Shown here in pieces: positions 60,618 through 64,000 of a stretch of 64,000 bases of DNA. Below the pieces are notes generated by a model. The model had not been told where the DNA came from. It was given only the letters and a program-made list of their open reading frames with translations, and ran no database searches. Within the stretch, counting starts at the first letter, position 1; every line of letters begins with the position of its first letter. Made by a program: the position numbers and the translations under genes. This DNA is from Candidatus Latescibacterota bacterium (lineage in GTDB: Bacteria; Latescibacterota; UBA2968; UBA8231), in the NCBI GenBank assembly GCA_963422735.1, contig OY730476.1, positions 4,640,001 through 4,704,000 on the forward strand, given 5' to 3'.

Positions 60618-60685
60618 AAACAGACCGTATGAAGGTGTGTCAATAGATCCAAGAATAAGAAAAAATATGACGAGGAAGTACGCGA

Positions 60686-62476
60686 TTGAACGCAAGTTTT
60701 ATGCCAACATCTCATAGCGCGATCTGGCGACTCTGGGTCGGCGCGTTGCTGTGGGCCGCCTGCGGCCCGGAAGAGCCTCCGGCACCAGCCCCGACGCCCG
60801 AGTACACCAAAGCACCGGCTGCCGAATATGCGGTGGGGCGCGGGCGGAAAGAGGCTCCGGTGGTGCGCTTTGTCGATGTGACGAGGGAAGCCGGTCTCGA
60901 ATTCAGGCACGAAACCGGCGCGCGCGGCGACAAGTGGATGCCGGAAACCATGGGCAGCGGCTGCGCGCTTTTTGATTACGATGGCGACGACTGGCTGGAC
61001 GTGCTCTTGGTCAATAGCGAAGGCTGGGGGGGCGAAAAGGCCCCCGGCAAGCTCTATCGCAACCTCGGCAACGGCACCTTTGCCGACGCAACCGAACGCG
61101 CTGGCCTAGACTTCTCGGTCTATGGCATGGGCGCGACGATTGCCGACTACGACGCCGATGGCGACCCGGATGTGTATCTGACGACCCTCGGACCGAACCT
61201 GCTGTTGCGCAACGACGCGGGCCGCTTTGTCGATGTGGCGCGGGAAGCGGGCGTGGCGGGCGCGGCTTGGCGAGATGACGCGGGCAACGAGAATCCCGAG
61301 TGGTCCACGGGCGCGGCTTGGGTTGATGTGGATGGCGACGGCTGGTTGGACCTGTTGGTCACCAACTACGTGCGCTGGTCGGCGAGCACCGACATATATA
61401 CTTCGCTCGACGGCAAGGAAAAATCCTACGCCACGCCACAACAGTACCCCGGCTCGACGCCGAGGCTCTACCGCAATCTGGGCGGGACCCGCTTCCGAGA
61501 GATAACCAAAGAGGCCGGCCTGCTGTTGCCCGAAGGCAAATCCATGGGCGTGGCCATGACCGACTTTGAAGACGATGGCCGTATCGACTTGGTCGTCACC
61601 AACGACACCCAGCCCAATTTCCTGTTGCAAAACTTAGGTGGGGGCCGCTTTGAGGAGCGGGGTCTCGCCGCGGGCATTGGCTACGACGAGAGCGGGCGGG
61701 CGCGAGCGGGGATGGGCGTAGATATCGCCTCGGTCGCCAACGATGGCGTGCTTTCCATCGCCATTGGCAACTTCAGCCGCGAAGCCCTCTCGCTCTACCG
61801 CCAAGCAGGCGGCGAGGTTTTCGTCGATGCTGCGGGTAGGGCAAGGCTGATGCAGGCGACGCTGCGGCAGCTGACCTTTGGGCTGCGCTTTTTCGACTAC
61901 GATCTCGACGGCTACTATGACTTGATTTTGGCCAATGGGCACATCGAGCCAGAGATCAACTCGGTGCAGAAGGAGATCGAGTACCGGCAGGCACCGCAGT
62001 TGTTTTGGAATGACGGCGACGGGCGGATGGTAGAGGTGTCAGAGCAGATGGGTGGGCCGTTCCTCAAGCCAGTGGTGGCGCGAGGGCTGGCCGTCGGCGA
62101 TATCGACGCAGACGGCGACTTGGATGTGTTGCTGACGACTAATGGCGGCCCGGCCTATCTATTGCGCAACGAGGGGCCGACTGGCCGTGCGGTGGCGATC
62201 GACCTGACGGGCAAGGTACCCAACCGCGACGCCATCGGCGCGAAGGTGACCGCGCAGGTGGGCGAGCAGGCGCAGGTGTTCATGGTACGCACGGGATCTT
62301 CTTATTTGAGCCACAGCCCGACGACCCTGACCGTTGGCTTGGGCTCGGCCGAGCAGCTCGACCGCTTGGAGATTCGCTGGCCGGATGGGAGCGAGGAAGT
62401 GTTGGAAAACGTCGCAGCCGATGCTCGCTACCGGATTGTGCAGGGCGAGGGCATTGTGGGAAAGAGGGCTTGGTAA
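60686..62476 (+). CDS. CRTAC1/ASPIC-UnbV family lipoprotein with FG-GAP (DxDxDG) repeats
   Basis: Lipobox WAAC; ETMGSG, repeated DYDGDD/DVDGDG/DIDADG, NRDAIGAKV, GSSYLS, GLG, IRWP. Confidence 0.9.
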   Translation: MNASFMPTSHSAIWRLWVGALLWAACGPEEPPAPAPTPEYTKAPAAEYAVGRGRKEAPVVRFVDVTREAGLEFRHETGARGDKWMPETMGSGCALFDYDGDDWLDVLLVNSEGWGGEKAPGKLYRNLGNGTFADATERAGLDFSVYGMGATIADYDADGDPDVYLTTLGPNLLLRNDAGRFVDVAREAGVAGAAWRDDAGNENPEWSTGAAWVDVDGDGWLDLLVTNYVRWSASTDIYTSLDGKEKSYATPQQYPGSTPRLYRNLGGTRFREITKEAGLLLPEGKSMGVAMTDFEDDGRIDLVVTNDTQPNFLLQNLGGGRFEERGLAAGIGYDESGRARAGMGVDIASVANDGVLSIAIGNFSREALSLYRQAGGEVFVDAAGRARLMQATLRQLTFGLRFFDYDLDGYYDLILANGHIEPEINSVQKEIEYRQAPQLFWNDGDGRMVEVSEQMGGPFLKPVVARGLAVGDIDADGDLDVLLTTNGGPAYLLRNEGPTGRAVAIDLTGKVPNRDAIGAKVTAQVGEQAQVFMVRTGSSYLSHSPTTLTVGLGSAEQLDRLEIRWPDGSEEVLENVAADARYRIVQGEGIVGKRAW

Positions 62477-62676
62477 AACTTTCAGTCGATCAAGCGCCCC
62501 TTTTGGTCGTGGCTGACCTCGTCGGGGTCGCGAGGCCCAGAGCGGGTGCGCTTGGCCTCACCTTACTTTGGTAAACAGGCTTATTGTTTTTTGCGGCTCG
62601 TTCATTGAGCAATTCCTAGTATTTTCCAATAACGGATAAATTCTGATCGTCGAACAAACTATAGCGATCGGGCCAA

Positions 62677-63250
62677 TTACTGGGTGGCCATGCGTTTGTA
62701 GGTAGCTAATGAATAAATATCCACGGCGATAATGTCGGCCGCTTGGCTGTACAGAGCTAGATCCTTCACGTAATTGTCGACAATGTTCACCCCTCCGACG
62801 ACTAACGCTCCATCAGAATTCAACGACGGAGAAACCTCACTGAAGGCGGAACCATGGGCATAGGCGAAATTCATCAATACAAGGTGCTTGGTCCGCTATG
62901 AAGTAGATATTATGAGCCGCAGCGTTCTGCATGATAGCTTGTGCATTGCTGGGGTTGTCATACGTAGGACGATGAGTATTGCTTGACCAAGGCAAGTCCG
63001 TTTGATTCGCCGAAATGAAGCCCCTAGACGAGGAGGCGTACAAATTTGTCTGAGAATCAATAGGCCTAATTGGGGAGGGATCGGCTAGGTTTAATAGGTT
63101 AAAACCATATACACCAAGGGCAAAAAACGGCTCACCATCTACTAGCACCTTATTGCCAGATGTAGTTGCGCTGACTGCATGGACATTGTCGACGAGCAAT
63201 AGAGTAAGCAGAATAACCATTTTGAATGCAGCAGAGTTTATAGCAATCAC
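62677..63250 (-). pseudogene. Frameshifted N-terminal fragment of a secreted, possibly glycoside-hydrolase-like protein
   Basis: Signal peptide, VLVDGEPFFALGVY, AADIIAVDIY; AT-richer than flanks; broken frames. Confidence 0.4.
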
Positions 63251-63299
63251 CGATCCTCCCCATTTTCCCGGTTGACGACTAGGTGTTTTGTATTCTTAG

Positions 63300-63523
63300 T
63301 TAGATGACCAGAAATCGAAAATACTTCACCTAGACCGGACACCCATGTGCTATCGGCTCCGGCCCCAATGAGGACCACGGGTTTATCAATGGGAATAGTC
63401 CGCGTCCGGCGCCGCCTTCAAGATGGCCTGTAGAAGCTCCTCGTCTGTAGCTACTCGGATCGCATTGGCTGTCGCTGGCTTCCACAGGGCCGTCAGCGTC
63501 AAGAAGAGCATGAGTACGCGCAT
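63300..63523 (-). pseudogene. Fragment of a secreted beta-helix-like protein
   Basis: SD + MRVLMLFLTLTALWKPATANAIRV...LQAI, frameshift to IDKPVVLIGAGADSTWV. Confidence 0.35.
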
Positions 63524-63524
63524 G

Positions 63525-63758
63525 TCAGTATCCTTTCCTTTTCAACCAACCCCAAGAGGTTCTTGCCATAAGCGTTCGCACAGGCAGGTCGTAAAACCCG
63601 GCGGCGAATGTACCACCAAGCCGCCCCAAGTGCAACGCTTCATGGTCTATTCCTCCTTTGATAGCTGCATGTGCCCAGTTCAACATGTCAACTGCTGTGT
63701 GAACAGGCCACCCAGACCGCTCAACCACAGCTCGAACGCCCTTCCTGATCAGCACCAT
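63525..63758 (-). pseudogene. Hypothetical gene fragment
   Basis: 77-aa ORF in a decayed region; weak resemblance to the PorV/PorQ N-terminus. Confidence 0.2.
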
Positions 63759-63907
63759 CCCAAAGGCGGAGCTTCAGCTTTGGCGCGCCCGATGATCTTC
63801 GCCACCGGTGAAGATCACAAATATCTGTCGTGGGCAATGAATGGATTTTGTAGAATAGTGGTCAATCGACAACCTCTAAATGGCAGTACCTTTAACGGGA
63901 GACGACA

Positions 63908-64000
63908 ATGGCACGTTTACAAGACGTCAATACCACGGATGTGCGCAGCGCCATCGAATGGGGCTGCCGCACCATGTCGAGCGTCTTCAACGCCGCCGAC
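63908..64000 (+). CDS. 5' end of a hypothetical protein, truncated by the window edge
   Basis: GGAG SD, then MARLQDVNTTDVRSAIEWGCRTMSSVFNAAD open to the end. Confidence 0.6.
   Translation, partial: MARLQDVNTTDVRSAIEWGCRTMSSVFNAAD

Noticed and set aside
1-64000. CRISPR array, tRNA/rRNA, integron attC sites, and the many alternative-frame ORFs in the track
   Set aside because: No regularly spaced repeats, cloverleafs or attC cores found by eye; alternative ORFs are GC-rich shadows of real genes

Overview
GC-rich bacterial chromosome segment. Gene style (T9SS/FlgD-like C-terminal sorting domains, TonB receptor, CRTAC1 proteins) suggests a non-Bacteroidota FCB-group organism such as Latescibacterota/Gemmatimonadota; this is inference only. 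Contents: two surface-glycan clusters (1-8.3 kb, 42-50 kb), an ABC exporter, two tandem secreted S8 peptidases with IPT/TIG repeats, and a 13-kb aromatic amino acid supraoperon (trpE(G)-trpG-trpD-trpC-trpS-CM-tyrA-aroA-like-microprotein-aroE-argS-aroK-aroB) headed by a Trp leader-peptide attenuator. Also present are a TonB receptor, rimO, sixA/EIIA/BatA, sugar-acid catabolism genes, and a membrane pentaheme cytochrome-TPR protein next to a CRTAC1/UnbV lipoprotein. Many decayed accessory genes lie between intact housekeeping genes (RelBE, Panacea TA, HEPN-MNT, DUF6883/DUF4926, DUF1156/helicase, coiled-coil-TM peptides), along with a 162-bp IS5-type MITE. Best leads: the cytochrome b/c-TPR + CRTAC1 module, an intact AroA-fold protein whose substrate-binding motifs are all altered plus a coupled 46-aa membrane microprotein, and the charge-inverted S8 paralogs. 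No rRNA, tRNA or CRISPR array was seen. All family assignments are from motif recognition by eye, not database searches.
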